Below are positions 41,680 to 52,791 of a stretch of 64,000 nt of DNA, piece by piece; position 1 is the first letter of the stretch; the number at the start of each line of letters is the position of its first letter. The translations under genes were made by a program, and so were the position numbers. Under the pieces are notes generated by a model. That model ran no database searches. It saw nothing but the letters and a program-made list of their open reading frames with translations, and was not told where the DNA came from. Origin of the DNA: an uncultured delta proteobacterium (GTDB lineage Bacteria > Desulfobacterota > Syntrophia > Syntrophales > UBA2185); NCBI GenBank assembly GCA_963695875.1, contig CAVOID010000010.1, forward strand, positions 64,001 to 128,000, read 5' to 3'.

Positions 41680-42078
41680 TTAATGTTTTTCTTCCTTTAT
41701 CATCTCCGAGTAACCGGCGGCATCCATAAGGCTATTCAACTCAGCAGGATTATCCATTTTAAGTTTCGCCATCCAGCCTTCTCCAAAGGCATCCTGATTA
41801 ACAAGTTCCGGATGGTTCTCAAGTACCTGATTGACTTCTTTAACTTCTCCGCTTACCGGTGCATAAACGTCTGAAACGGACTTGACGGATTCCACCACTG
41901 CTAACTGTTCCATCTGTTTTACTCTTTTCCCGATTGCGGGGAGTTCGACAAAGACAATGTCAGTAAGTAACTCCTGGGCATGATCGGTTATCCCCATCGT
42001 AATCGTCCCGTCTCCGTTATCTTTCGCCCATTCATGTTCTTTTGTATACTTTCTATCCGCTGGATTTGGTTTTGACAT
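41680..42078 (-). CDS. gcvH: Glycine cleavage H protein
   Basis: YTKEHEW, GITDHAQ, VESVKSVSD (lipoyl-Lys). Confidence 0.96.
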   Translation of the reverse strand: MSKPNPADRKYTKEHEWAKDNGDGTITMGITDHAQELLTDIVFVELPAIGKRVKQMEQLAVVESVKSVSDVYAPVSGEVKEVNQVLENHPELVNQDAFGEGWMAKLKMDNPAELNSLMDAAGYSEMIKEEKH

Positions 42079-42120
42079 GCTTTCCCCCTCAATCTATTTT
42101 TATAACTCTCTCAGAAATTA

Positions 42121-43215
42121 TTATTTCTTCCTCCTGTAAAAAGGCAACCCCACAATCCGAGCTTTTGCTTGATGATCACGGATCTGGATAGAAATCTCTG
42201 TACCCTGCTCACTGCATGCTGTGGGGACGAAGGCAAACCCCACTGCTTTCTGCAAGGTAGGGGTAAATGTTCCTGACGTCACTATTCCTATTTCTCTGCC
42301 TTCCTTGAATACCTTATACCCATGCCTGGCAATTCCCCTATCTGCCATCTCGAAACCGACCAGTTTCCTGTTCAGACCCTTTTCCTTTAATTGTCTCAAA
42401 GCATTGCTTCCAACGAAGTCTTTTTCAAGGTTCGTTATCCATCCGTAGACAACCTCCAAAGGAGTGATCGTTTCATCCATATCATTGCCGTATAACATCA
42501 TCCCCGCTTCCAAACGGAGCGTGTCCCTCGCACCCAGGCCCGCGGGTTTCAATCCAAAGCCCGTGCCGATTTTCAGTAGTTCATCCCAGATCTCTCCAAT
42601 TTTCCGACTGTCTGTATAGATTTCAAACCCATCCTCACCGGTATAACCGCTGCGTGATACAAGCGCAGGAATATTCATGACTTTAGTGTTCATAGAATGG
42701 TAGTATCTTAAAGTGTTTAAATCATTTGCAGCAAGTTTTTGCAGAATCATGGGCGACAGAGGTCCCTGTATATCCAGTTTACCTGTTTGATCGCTGATAT
42801 CGGTAATTTTTACATCGGGAAAACCTTTTTCCTTTTTTTGTTTTTCGATCCATGAGAAATCTTTGTCTTTCGTTCCTGCATTCGTCACGATCATGTAGTG
42901 GTCCTGGTCAAATTTATAAATAGTCAGATCGTCAATGATGCCACCATTTTCATTCGTTATAACACTCAGTTTGAGCTGCCCGATCGCCTGCCCCTCTATA
43001 TTTCTGCTCAATATCCATTGCAGCAACTCAAATGCCCCGGGGCCTTTGACATCAATCTCTCCCATATGACAGATGTCAAATAGTCCAGCTTTCATCCGCG
43101 TTGCGTGGTGCTCTTCAATGACATTGCTGTATTGAACCGGCATCGCCCATCCGCCGAAATCAATAATCTTTCCACCAAGTGTGAGATGACGATCATACAG
43201 GGGGGTTTTTTTCAT
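42121..43215 (-). CDS. gcvT: Aminomethyltransferase (T protein)
   Basis: FGGWAMPVQY, GYTGEDGFE, GARDTLRLEAG. Confidence 0.96.
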   Translation of the reverse strand: MKKTPLYDRHLTLGGKIIDFGGWAMPVQYSNVIEEHHATRMKAGLFDICHMGEIDVKGPGAFELLQWILSRNIEGQAIGQLKLSVITNENGGIIDDLTIYKFDQDHYMIVTNAGTKDKDFSWIEKQKKEKGFPDVKITDISDQTGKLDIQGPLSPMILQKLAANDLNTLRYYHSMNTKVMNIPALVSRSGYTGEDGFEIYTDSRKIGEIWDELLKIGTGFGLKPAGLGARDTLRLEAGMMLYGNDMDETITPLEVVYGWITNLEKDFVGSNALRQLKEKGLNRKLVGFEMADRGIARHGYKVFKEGREIGIVTSGTFTPTLQKAVGFAFVPTACSEQGTEISIQIRDHQAKARIVGLPFYRRKK

Positions 43216-43583
43216 GGATAAGTCTCCGTTGGAACGTTAGAAGGTTGTTATCTAGCAAGTCTATTTTCTTAGCTCGCTCAATAGAAGGGACCGTTTCTGA
43301 TTTACATAAACTACTTATAAACGAGAGACCGGATTGTGATAAAAATACTGCGACGGAAAAAATGTTCGTATTTGTAACAATATTTTGATCCTGCGACAAG
43401 ACATCTGCAGGTTGTTCATTTCAATTCAATGAGATTACGACTTTACGGATAAATACGGTAGGATTAGTAGCACGGTCCATCCGATATTTCAAGACATAAA
43501 TGCCTCGCCCATCAACATATGATTGGCTTCTCCCCTATTATCATCCACCCATACAGCGATGCATTTTGAAAAAAGGTAAAGTG

Positions 43584-44183
43584 CTAAAGTTTACTGGCAA
43601 CTGCGTCGTCGATGACTGGTTCTTGCTGTTTGAAAATCCTGGCAAAGAAATCTTGCCTCTGCTTCGGAATGTACATTGCACCTTCGTAGTCAATGATCAG
43701 CTTACCCTCCAGATGATCAATTTCATGTTGTGCAACGCGGGCGAGGTAATCCGTATAGCGCTTGCTTATTTTACGCCCACTCTTATCATATGCCCGGATT
43801 TTTATTTCGGGAAATCTGCTTACCTCGACCTGGATTTCCGGACATGAGAGACATCCCTCTGCCATCGTTACCAATTCTCCCCGGGTCTGGGTTATCCTGG
43901 GATTGACTAAAACATCATAGTCACTTTCGCTCTTTGACCAGTCTTTCTCGTTAAAACTTTTGTTTCTGAAGATAATTATTTTTTTACTTATACCTATTTG
44001 CGGAGCCGCCAGACCTGCGGCTTCATCCAACGCAAGGAAGGCATCGATGAGTTTTTTAATGTCCCTTTTTCTTGCTTCGTCAAAGGGAGCCGCTATATCT
44101 GCACAAGGGTTCCTCAGGACGAGCATCTCTCCTTCATTTATTCCGTCATTGTTCCACACTGTTAAAATTTTTCCCTTGGACAT
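43584..44183 (-). CDS. def: Peptide deformylase
   Basis: GLAAPQIG, EGCLS, QHEIDHL. Confidence 0.93.
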   Translation of the reverse strand: MSKGKILTVWNNDGINEGEMLVLRNPCADIAAPFDEARKRDIKKLIDAFLALDEAAGLAAPQIGISKKIIIFRNKSFNEKDWSKSESDYDVLVNPRITQTRGELVTMAEGCLSCPEIQVEVSRFPEIKIRAYDKSGRKISKRYTDYLARVAQHEIDHLEGKLIIDYEGAMYIPKQRQDFFARIFKQQEPVIDDAVASKL

Positions 44184-44276
44184 GACTTTCCCTCGATAAT
44201 GTTTGTTTTATTGACTAATATAACATCTCCGGTCCATTATTTCAAGGAACTACCGATTTTCAAATATCCTTGCTAA

Positions 44277-45584
44277 ATGAATGGATGTCTGTTAGTTTTT
44301 CGGCGTTGCTTTAACGCAGGAAAACACATAAATACGAGTATCACCTTGATAAACACCATCATCACCAGAAAGACGAGGCAAGAATTTGCCAGACTTATGC
44401 AATTTGAAAATGGAGGGTTACCAGGAATAAATCCTGGCAACACGGCGAAATTACCTCTTCTGTATATCCATATCCCCTTCTGCGAAAAACTTTGTCCTTA
44501 CTGTTCATTCCACCGTGTTGTGTTTGACGGCACCCTTTGCCGTGACTATTTTGTCGCCCTCAGGGGCGAGATCATGTTGTATAAAAATAAAGGATATGAT
44601 TTCAGCGGCATTTACGTGGGAGGAGGAACGCCCACTATCCTGATGGAAGAACTTGAAAAAACGCTTGAACTGGCAAGAGAATGTTTCTCAATCCGCCAAA
44701 TCTCTGTCGAAACTAATCCGAATCATCTGACGGACAGAAATATTAGAGTGCTCAAACGCATTGGTGTTAACCGCCTTTCCGTGGGAGTACAAAGCTTTGA
44801 CGACAATCTTCTCAGAAACATGGATCGATACGAAAAGTACGGGAGTGGTGAACTTATAGCAAAGCAACTATCGCAGACTCTGGGATATTTTGATACCCTA
44901 AACGCGGATATGATGTTCAATTTTCCATCCCAGACCATGACCATGCTGGACAGAGACCTGAATATGTTGATGGAAATAGGGATAGATCAGATTACATACT
45001 ACCCCCTGATGGTTTCAGATTTGACACGGCAGACAGTTAGCGAAAAATTCGGGCATGTCGATTACAGCAAAGAGGAACAGTTTTACCACCGGATTGTGGA
45101 GCGGCTGGTCCCAACATACCGGCACTCGTCAGCATGGTGCTTCTCAAAAAAAGCCGCCATGATCGATGAGTATATTGTTGACTACGATGAATACGCCGGC
45201 CTCGGAAGTGGTTCTATCGGATATTTAAACGGCACATGTTACGCTAATACCTTTAATATAGTGGAATACATCACCCGGATTAAGCGGGGTGAAATGCCCA
45301 TAATGGCATTCCGTAATTTCCTTCTTAAAGATCAGTTGCGCTATGATTTCCTCATGAAACTATTCGGTATGAAAATGGATATTCCGTCATTGAAAAAAAA
45401 GTACGGGGGAATTTTTTATCGGGCTCAGTGGTTCAATATACTTGCATTTATCCTCGCAGGTGCTTTACAGTATCGCTCACCTTATTTTCTTCTGACAAAG
45501 CGAGGATGCTATCATTGGGTGATCATGATGAGGGAGTTTTTTATAGCAGTTAATAATTTCCGTGATTTTTGCAGGTCAAGGTAA
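44277..45584 (+). CDS. HemN-like class C radical SAM enzyme, probable menaquinone methyltransferase (MenK/MqnK type); start uncertain
   Basis: LYIHIPFCEKLCPYCSF, GGGTP, QITYYPLM, C-terminal MREFF..VNNFR. Confidence 0.7.
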   Translation: MNGCLLVFRRCFNAGKHINTSITLINTIITRKTRQEFARLMQFENGGLPGINPGNTAKLPLLYIHIPFCEKLCPYCSFHRVVFDGTLCRDYFVALRGEIMLYKNKGYDFSGIYVGGGTPTILMEELEKTLELARECFSIRQISVETNPNHLTDRNIRVLKRIGVNRLSVGVQSFDDNLLRNMDRYEKYGSGELIAKQLSQTLGYFDTLNADMMFNFPSQTMTMLDRDLNMLMEIGIDQITYYPLMVSDLTRQTVSEKFGHVDYSKEEQFYHRIVERLVPTYRHSSAWCFSKKAAMIDEYIVDYDEYAGLGSGSIGYLNGTCYANTFNIVEYITRIKRGEMPIMAFRNFLLKDQLRYDFLMKLFGMKMDIPSLKKKYGGIFYRAQWFNILAFILAGALQYRSPYFLLTKRGCYHWVIMMREFFIAVNNFRDFCRSR

Positions 45585-45591
45585 AAGAAAT

Positions 45592-47022
45592 ATGAAAAAA
45601 CAAAAAATGGATGACCACAGAAAGACATTGTTGAGGGACTTGCCGAAGATAGACGAGGTAATGCTTTCTCTGGAGAAACATGATTTCTTTGCAAGAACCC
45701 CCAGAAATATTGTCAAATCTGTTTGCCGCTCCGTGGTGGAGGAACTGAGGCAGGAGATCCTGAGAACGAATAAGGAGGCAAAAAACATACGACTGCCTAA
45801 GGCCGTACAGGTTGCTGATAAGGTAACAGAAATAATAGAGAGCCTTCATCGGTACCACCTGCGCAAGGTAGTAAACGCAACAGGAGTAATTTTGCACACC
45901 AACCTGGGTAGAGCGCCTCTCTGTACCGATGCACTGCAAAGGCTTGTTGAAATAGCCGGAGGTTATTCAAATCTGGAATATGATCTTAAGAAAGGGGAGA
46001 GAGGACTCCGATATGATCATGTTCAGAAGATTCTATGTGAGCTATCCGGTGCGGAAGATACGTTAGTCGTAAATAATAATGCCGCAGCCGTGCTGCTCGC
46101 TCTCAACACCCTAGCTGAAGGGAGAGAGGTGATTGTATCAAGAGGGGAGCTTGTCGAAATTGGAGGTGAATTCCGAATTCCGGAAGTCATGGAGAAAAGC
46201 GGTGCACGCCTCCGGGAAGTGGGAACAACGAACCGAACACGCATTACGGATTATAAAAAGGTAATTGGTCCGGAAACTGGGCTTATTCTGAAGGTACACA
46301 CAAGTAATTTTAGAATCGTCGGTTTTACAGAAGATACAGATCTCACCTCACTCGTTGCCCTGGGTAAAAACCACGGCATACCCGTGATGTATGATCTGGG
46401 GAGCGGCTGCATCACTGAATTAAATCGTTACGGTCTGGAGAGGGAACCAACCGTCGGTGATGTGTTAAAAACAGGTGTAGATGTAATCACCTTCAGTGGT
46501 GACAAGCTCTTGGGTGGCCCGCAGGCGGGCATTATTCTCGGAAAGAATGACATTCTGCAGAAAATCAAGAAAAATCCCCTCAACCGGGCACTCCGTATCG
46601 ACAAATTGACCCTGGCTGCTTTAGAGGCAACAATGATGCAATACCTCCAGCCGGAAAGAGCCGTCAGTAGTCTCAGGGTTCTGAAGGCATTGACTGAACC
46701 GCTTACAGATGTTAATAAACGGGCAAAGAAGCTCCTGTCTCTGTTACGAAAGGAACATCTTGAAGGATTTCTGCTGTCTTTGAAAAAAGGATTTTCCATG
46801 TCGGGAGGGGGATCCCTTCCCACCCAGGAGATTCCTACAATGTTACTCAGTGTCGTATCAAAGCGCATGTCACCAAGCAGCATTGAAGACTGCTTAAGGT
46901 GCCTTGACATTCCGATAATTGCGCGCATTGCGGAAGATGAAGTTCTCTTTGACCTGAGAACTATTGAGGAGGAAGAATTCACATACGTAAGGGACGGCCT
47001 AAAAAGAATCGCCTCATCATAA
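45592..47022 (+). CDS. selA: L-seryl-tRNA(Sec) selenium transferase
   Basis: NATGVILHTNLGRAP, VNNNAAA, FSGDKLLGGPQAG. Confidence 0.96.
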   Translation: MKKQKMDDHRKTLLRDLPKIDEVMLSLEKHDFFARTPRNIVKSVCRSVVEELRQEILRTNKEAKNIRLPKAVQVADKVTEIIESLHRYHLRKVVNATGVILHTNLGRAPLCTDALQRLVEIAGGYSNLEYDLKKGERGLRYDHVQKILCELSGAEDTLVVNNNAAAVLLALNTLAEGREVIVSRGELVEIGGEFRIPEVMEKSGARLREVGTTNRTRITDYKKVIGPETGLILKVHTSNFRIVGFTEDTDLTSLVALGKNHGIPVMYDLGSGCITELNRYGLEREPTVGDVLKTGVDVITFSGDKLLGGPQAGIILGKNDILQKIKKNPLNRALRIDKLTLAALEATMMQYLQPERAVSSLRVLKALTEPLTDVNKRAKKLLSLLRKEHLEGFLLSLKKGFSMSGGGSLPTQEIPTMLLSVVSKRMSPSSIEDCLRCLDIPIIARIAEDEVLFDLRTIEEEEFTYVRDGLKRIASS

Positions 47023-47033
47023 AGGATGAACCG

Positions 47034-48008
47034 ATGGATTCTCAGAGAGGAAAAATCTATGAATTCATCGTTGCTTTATACGAAGCAGGTTTAAGGCTTG
47101 ATATTTATCTTTCCCGGAAGGATATAGGCTTATCCCGCTCTCAGATCAAGAAGTCCGTGGATGATGGCTTGGTCCGGGTGAATCATGCAAATACCAAGGT
47201 CAGCTACAGATTAAAGTGTGGGGACATTATTCAAATCAGCATACGTGAGCCGACCGTCTATCACGCGCTACCACAGGACATTCCGCTCTGCATTGTATAT
47301 GAAGATCCTTCTATTCTTGTAGTTGATAAACCGGCAGGAATGGTCGTGCATCCTTCGGCAGGGCATTCTCAAGACACTTTGGTCAATGCCATCCTTCATC
47401 ACTGCAAAGACCTTTCCGGCATCGGCGGTGTACTAAGGCCTGGAATTGTTCATCGACTGGATAAAGGGACATCCGGGTTGCTGGTGGTGGCCAAATCGGA
47501 TGAGGCGCACCAGGGATTGGCCGGTCAGTTCAAGCAGCACGAGGTTCGTAAGACATACAAAGCCGTGGTATATGGAAATCCCAAGAAGGATGAGGACATA
47601 ATCGATGCGCCTGTGGGCAGGCATCCAGTGGATCGAAAGAAGATGTCCACAAAGAGCCGGCGAGGCAAGGATGCACTTACGCACTGGCGGGTCCTTGAGC
47701 GATACGGAGTGGTAACCCTGTTAAATGTGGAAATTGTAACGGGAAGAACACACCAGATCAGGGTACACCTGACAGCCTTGAATTATCCTGTGGTGGGAGA
47801 CAGCATGTACGGAAACCCTAAGCGTGCAAACGCAATTGGTGACACCTTTTTAAGAGCAAAGCTGAAAGCAATGAAAAGGCAGGCCCTCCATGCGGCGCAT
47901 ATCAGTTTCGTCCATCCCATCACCCATCAGGATATGGCCTTTTCATCTCCCTTGCCGGATGATATGGCGGAGTTATGTAACTTTCTCAAGGAATACAAAA
48001 AGAAATAG
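47034..48008 (+). CDS. rluD: RluA/RluD pseudouridine synthase with S4 domain
   Basis: RPGIVHRLDKGTSG, TGRTHQIRVH, RQALHA. Confidence 0.9.
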   Translation: MDSQRGKIYEFIVALYEAGLRLDIYLSRKDIGLSRSQIKKSVDDGLVRVNHANTKVSYRLKCGDIIQISIREPTVYHALPQDIPLCIVYEDPSILVVDKPAGMVVHPSAGHSQDTLVNAILHHCKDLSGIGGVLRPGIVHRLDKGTSGLLVVAKSDEAHQGLAGQFKQHEVRKTYKAVVYGNPKKDEDIIDAPVGRHPVDRKKMSTKSRRGKDALTHWRVLERYGVVTLLNVEIVTGRTHQIRVHLTALNYPVVGDSMYGNPKRANAIGDTFLRAKLKAMKRQALHAAHISFVHPITHQDMAFSSPLPDDMAELCNFLKEYKKK

Positions 48009-48011
48009 CTC

Positions 48012-48743
48012 ATGCATCTCAAGAGTGTGACCTTTCATCAATTGAAATATCCAACAAAGGATATTTATCCTTTTAATTTATCCGTCTTTCAACAAACGAA
48101 ACATATAACCTTTGATGCCCAAGTGTCATTTTTTGTTGGCGAAAACGGATCGGGAAAATCAACATTATTAAAGGCTATGTCCCGTTCATGTGGTATCCAC
48201 ATATGGCAGGAACCTGAAAGAACGCGCTTCAATCGCAATCAATATGAAGACAAATTCTGCGATTACCTTACGATTCAATGGACGGATGGCAGTGTGCCGG
48301 GATCTTTTTTTGGCTCAGACATCTTCCATCACTTTACACAGATCCTTGACGAGTGGGCGGCAGCAGATCCCGGTCAACTCATGTATTTTGGCGGCAAATC
48401 ATTGATGACGCAGTCTCATGGCGAGTCCCTGATGTCATTTTTCAGATCACGTTACCAAATTAAAGGTCTCTATTTATTGGACGAACCGGAAACGGCACTT
48501 TCTCCGCGCAGTCAGCTTGCATTACTTGAATTATTGATGGATACAGATGGTACTGATCGTGCTCAATTCATTGTTGCAACACACTCTCCGATACTTCTGG
48601 CATGTCCCCGCGCATCGATATATAGTTTTGATTACAGCCCCATAAAAGAGGTCCGATACGAAGAGACGGAACACTACCGGATTTATAAAGAATTTCTGGA
48701 GAATAGGACGAATTACATGCAGCAATTGAGACGGGCAGAATAA
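48012..48743 (+). CDS. Stand-alone ABC/AAA-type ATPase (COG3910-like)
   Basis: GENGSGKST, SHGES, LDEPETALSP, ATHSP. Confidence 0.85.
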   Translation: MHLKSVTFHQLKYPTKDIYPFNLSVFQQTKHITFDAQVSFFVGENGSGKSTLLKAMSRSCGIHIWQEPERTRFNRNQYEDKFCDYLTIQWTDGSVPGSFFGSDIFHHFTQILDEWAAADPGQLMYFGGKSLMTQSHGESLMSFFRSRYQIKGLYLLDEPETALSPRSQLALLELLMDTDGTDRAQFIVATHSPILLACPRASIYSFDYSPIKEVRYEETEHYRIYKEFLENRTNYMQQLRRAE

Positions 48744-48926
48744 CCTTTCAGTAAGGGCTGTACACTGAATACGGATGATATGGTACTAAAGTATTCTTTA
48801 TGCACCTCCGATAAATAATAGGAAATAGAATAAAGAAATAAGGATGGTAAGCCCGGCCACATTTTGTAAAATAGACTTCTCCATTTCAAAATATCATGAC
48901 AAAATCCTTGTCGGGAAAGTATAAAT

Positions 48927-49640
48927 ATGGAAGATCGAGAGAAAACCGAAGAGCTGCTGATTAAAGAAATTAGCGATTTAAAGAATCGAATTGCTGAGCT
49001 GGAAGAGGCGGAAACTGAGCTTAAGCGAGCCGAGGAAACCCTCTCGTATAACCTTGAAAAGTTAAGGAGAGCGACAAGGTTTATCATTGACGTCATAGTA
49101 ATGGCTGTGGAGACAAGAGATCCTTATACGTCCGGACATCAAAAAAGGGTTACGGATCTCGCCCGATCTATTGCAACGGAGATGAAGTTATCTGCGGAAA
49201 TTATTGACGGCATCCGTATGGCAAGCTTAATCCATGATTTGGGAAAAATATCGATACCGGCGGAAATACTTGGACTACCTCGATACCTCAATAATGTTGA
49301 ATATAGTATTGTAAAAACTCACCCGGAGATAGGTTACCAGATATTGAAGGATATAGACTTTTCCAGTCCTGTCGCTCTAATCGTATATCAACATCATGAA
49401 CGGATGAATGGTAGCGGCTATCCGCAGGGTATCAGGGGAGAAGAAATCCTTCTGGAGGCGAGAATCCTGGCGGTGGCCGACGTTGTTGAGGCAATATGCA
49501 CTCATCGGCCTTACAGACCGGCGCTGGGTATAGATAAAGCATTGAAGGAGATATCTCAACACAGCGGTATCCTCTATGATCCGGAAGTGGTAGATGTTTG
49601 CATAAAACTGTTCAGGGAAGAAATGTTTAAATTTAAATAA
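48927..49640 (+). CDS. HD-GYP domain phosphodiesterase
   Basis: HDLGK, HHER..GSGYP, RPYR. Confidence 0.92.
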   Translation: MEDREKTEELLIKEISDLKNRIAELEEAETELKRAEETLSYNLEKLRRATRFIIDVIVMAVETRDPYTSGHQKRVTDLARSIATEMKLSAEIIDGIRMASLIHDLGKISIPAEILGLPRYLNNVEYSIVKTHPEIGYQILKDIDFSSPVALIVYQHHERMNGSGYPQGIRGEEILLEARILAVADVVEAICTHRPYRPALGIDKALKEISQHSGILYDPEVVDVCIKLFREEMFKFK

Positions 49641-49700
49641 GGTGGCGTCGAGATTCCTTTCAACGAACTGTCCGTCAACTCAGATTTTGACTGGGAGCGC

Positions 49701-49796
49701 ATCCCGCAAGTCCCGCCTTGTAGGCGGGGAGAAGGGGTGCAATGTAAGCATAGTTTCCTTTCCGGGAAGCCCCGCCCTGTGGGCGGGGAGCTTCAA
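49701..49796 (+). mobile_element. Non-autonomous IS200/IS605-like palindromic element (PATE-like)
   Basis: Hairpins CCCGCC-TTGTA-GGCGGG and CCCCGCCC-TGT-GGGCGGGG followed by AGCTTCAA. Confidence 0.6.
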
Positions 49797-49817
49797 TTTT
49801 ACAATTAATAGTTACTT

Positions 49818-50621
49818 ATGTTCCGGTTCTCGAAAAAAGGTACTGTAGAGTATTTAGAAGCAACTGCATTTAGTGAGTTCGATTTTCTGACTCATGCCTT
49901 TTGTACTCGGCGAGGCGGAATAAGCGAAGGCAAATTTTTCAGCTTGAATTTCAGTTCACGAGAAGGAGACAGCATTGAGAATGTCCGACAGAATTGGAAA
50001 ATCCTCGCCACAGCATTCAATCTTGAGATGGAACAGTTTTTTGTAGTCAATCAAGTTCACGGAGACAGGATTCTGATAATCGACCATAATGCTGGGGATT
50101 TTATAAGTCATCAGCCTTATCAGTGCGATGCCATTATAACCAATCAGCCAGGACTGGCAATCGGCATCAAAACAGCAGATTGTGTACCCATTTTGTTTCT
50201 AGATAAGATAAAGCGAATCGTTGGGGTTGCTCACGCCGGGTGGAAGGGAACCTCTTTGAGCATTGCCGCAAAGGTTGTTGATACCTTTGTGAAAAAATTA
50301 TTGTGTCGTGCAGATGATATAATAGCGGTTATCGGCCCAGCCATCGGCCCTTGTTGCTATCAAGTGGATGAGGTTGTTTTTAACTCAATGAAAGGAGACA
50401 AAGACCGGGAGTCTTTTCTTAGTCCCTGTTGTATGCAAGGACGCTGGATGCTTGATCTACCCCTTGCCAACAGGCTCCAGATTATCAGTAGCGGCATTCT
50501 CCCGACAAATGTATACACAACCGACTATTGCACTTCCTGCAATACAGGCATATTTTTCTCCCACAGACGTGAAGGGGGAAATACGGGAAGACAACTCAAT
50601 TTCATAATGCTAGCAGCTTAG
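49818..50621 (+). CDS. pgeF: Peptidoglycan editing factor PgeF (YfiH)
   Basis: QVHG, TADCVPIL, HAGWKG, IGPCCY, FFSHRR. Confidence 0.93.
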   Translation: MFRFSKKGTVEYLEATAFSEFDFLTHAFCTRRGGISEGKFFSLNFSSREGDSIENVRQNWKILATAFNLEMEQFFVVNQVHGDRILIIDHNAGDFISHQPYQCDAIITNQPGLAIGIKTADCVPILFLDKIKRIVGVAHAGWKGTSLSIAAKVVDTFVKKLLCRADDIIAVIGPAIGPCCYQVDEVVFNSMKGDKDRESFLSPCCMQGRWMLDLPLANRLQIISSGILPTNVYTTDYCTSCNTGIFFSHRREGGNTGRQLNFIMLAA

Positions 50622-50793
50622 TTAGTCCCATGCTGTCCTGAAAGAAAATGCCTTTATAACATTTCCAATTAATGGATTTATTGCGGAGTTAACCCTGAGT
50701 ATGCACGAAAAGCCCGTAATCACTATATCGGGGAGTTTACCAGAGGCAAAATGCAAAGGGTTGTTTTGAAATAATCCGTTACTTAAAAAATAC

Positions 50794-50822
50794 TTGACAT
50801 AGTTAATGGGTTGTTATAAATT
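50794..50822 (+). promoter_or_regulatory. Candidate sigma70 promoter of rho, with long pyrimidine-rich leader
   Basis: TTGACA-17 bp-TAAATT about 220 nt upstream of the rho ATG. Confidence 0.5.
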
Positions 50823-51044
50823 GCAAAAAAATCATAGAAAGGCTTAAATAAAGTCCTTCCTTTTGGATTGTCTCAATAACCCATTTTTACAACTCATTAG
50901 TAATCCACGTTATTCTTTATAATTTCGCTTTATGTTAAATCTGCCATACTTTCATTGATGAATGTGGCCCGGGATTAAGAATCGGGAACCTTAATGGGTA
51001 TTTATTAAATTACATAGAAAGAGGTACGTACAAGAGAACTGATT

Positions 51045-52292
51045 ATGAACATCGAAGAAATCAAAAGATTACCAATTAGTGAGCTTACAAATATGGCAAA
51101 AGATTTGAGTGTTGCCGGCGCGAGCGGCATGAGAAGACAGGATCTTATCTTTGCCATACTGCAAACCCAGGCCGAGAAGAACGAGAGCATAACGGGTTCT
51201 GGGGTTCTGGAAATCCTCCCTGACAGTTTTGGTTTCCTAAGAGCTGTCGATTACAACTATCTCCCAAGTCCAGATGATATCTATATCTCGCCGTCACAAA
51301 TCCGGAGATTTAGTTTGAGGACCGGTGATACAGTTTCGGGTGAGGTCAGACCTCCCAAGGACGGTGAAAAATATTTTGCCCTCCTTAAAGTGGACATGGT
51401 TAATTTTGAAGGTCCCGAGGGGGCCAGAGACAAGATACTGTTCGATAATCTCACGCCCCTCTACCCTGAGGATAAATTGAATCTCGAGGCTGATCCGGAA
51501 AATTATTCGACGAGGATTATGGATCTTTTCACACCTATCGGAAAGGGGCAAAGGGCATTAATTGTATCACCGCCGAGAGCAGGAAAGACGGTACTCCTTA
51601 AGGACATTGCCCATAGCATATCTACCAACCATGAAGAAGTCATACTCATGGTTCTTTTGATTGATGAGCGGCCGGAAGAAGTAACCGACATGCAGCGCAG
51701 TGTAAACGGAGAGGTAATATCATCGACCTTCGATGAACCGGCCACACGGCACGTCCAGGTAGCGGAAATGGTGATTGAGAAGGCGAAGCGTCTCGTCGAG
51801 CATAAAAAGGATGTAGTCATTCTTCTTGACAGCATCACCAGGCTCGCCCGGGCATACAACACTGTGGTTCCTCCCAGTGGTAAAGTCCTATCCGGCGGTG
51901 TTGATTCCAATGCCCTCCATAAACCGAAACGGTTCTTTGGCGCCGCCAGAAATATAGAAAATGGCGGTAGTCTGACCATCATTTCCACAGCCCTCATTGA
52001 TACTGGAAGCAGGATGGATGAAGTGATTTTTGAAGAATTTAAAGGTACGGGTAATATGGAACTACACCTGGACCGCAGGATTGCGGACAGAAGGGTATTC
52101 CCTGCTTTCGACCTCATTCGCTCCGGTACAAGGAAGGAAGAACTCCTGATACCCAAAAGTAATCTTAACAAAATCTGGATATTAAGGCGACTTCTCCAGG
52201 AGATGAACCCCATAGAGGCCATGGATTTTATCGTCGACAAGATACGTAAAACAGAAACAAACCAAGCCTTTTTAAATTCCATGAATCAGTAA
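51045..52292 (+). CDS. rho: Transcription termination factor Rho
   Basis: FGFLR, GKGQR...[27 protein letters not shown]. Confidence 0.98.
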   Translation: MNIEEIKRLPISELTNMAKDLSVAGASGMRRQDLIFAILQTQAEKNESITGSGVLEILPDSFGFLRAVDYNYLPSPDDIYISPSQIRRFSLRTGDTVSGEVRPPKDGEKYFALLKVDMVNFEGPEGARDKILFDNLTPLYPEDKLNLEADPENYSTRIMDLFTPIGKGQRALIVSPPRAGKTVLLKDIAHSISTNHEEVILMVLLIDERPEEVTDMQRSVNGEVISSTFDEPATRHVQVAEMVIEKAKRLVEHKKDVVILLDSITRLARAYNTVVPPSGKVLSGGVDSNALHKPKRFFGAARNIENGGSLTIISTALIDTGSRMDEVIFEEFKGTGNMELHLDRRIADRRVFPAFDLIRSGTRKEELLIPKSNLNKIWILRRLLQEMNPIEAMDFIVDKIRKTETNQAFLNSMNQ

Positions 52293-52398
52293 GGCTCTCC
52301 AAATAACCCGGGGCTTTTTGAAGTGCATTTATACTTGCATTTACGGTGCAAATGATTATAATATATAATAAATATGTGAGGAGGATTATAATTATAAG

Positions 52399-52629
52399 AT
52401 GAAAGAAGGTATTCACCCAGAATATACAATAACGACGATCACCTGCGCGTGTGGAAATGTGATTGAAACCAAGTCCACCAAAAAGGACATAAGAATTGAG
52501 ATATGTTCTCAGTGTCATCCCTTCATGACGGGCAAACAAAAGATCATGGATACGGCAGGCCGGGTAGAAAGATTCAAGAAAAAATATGCCGGTGAATCAG
52601 CAAAAGTCAATAAGGGTAAATCTGCCTGA
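52399..52629 (+). CDS. rpmE: 50S ribosomal protein L31 (Zn-binding type)
   Basis: [22 protein letters not shown]. Confidence 0.97.
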   Translation: MKEGIHPEYTITTITCACGNVIETKSTKKDIRIEICSQCHPFMTGKQKIMDTAGRVERFKKKYAGESAKVNKGKSA

Positions 52630-52791
52630 ATTTAAGTGATTATATATCAAAGATACACATTACAGCGTAACACATCCGGAGTAATTCCCCCTCCCACCGA
52701 TGAGCCCTTTGTGCTGATAAGGGCATCGTTGTCCGGTATTCCTTCGCAAAGGCAATTTCTCTAGATTAGGTCTTAGAAAATCTACACGCTC

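Noticed and set aside
43216..43580. Glycine riboswitch upstream of gcvT
   Set aside because: No recognisable GGAGA...CCGAAG...CTCTCAGG aptamer on the minus strand.
51503..52282. Long antisense ORFs (e.g. 259 aa opposite rho, 222 aa opposite lipA, 208 aa over rimP/tRNA)
   Set aside because: Shadows of well-supported genes on the opposite strand, with no motifs of their own.
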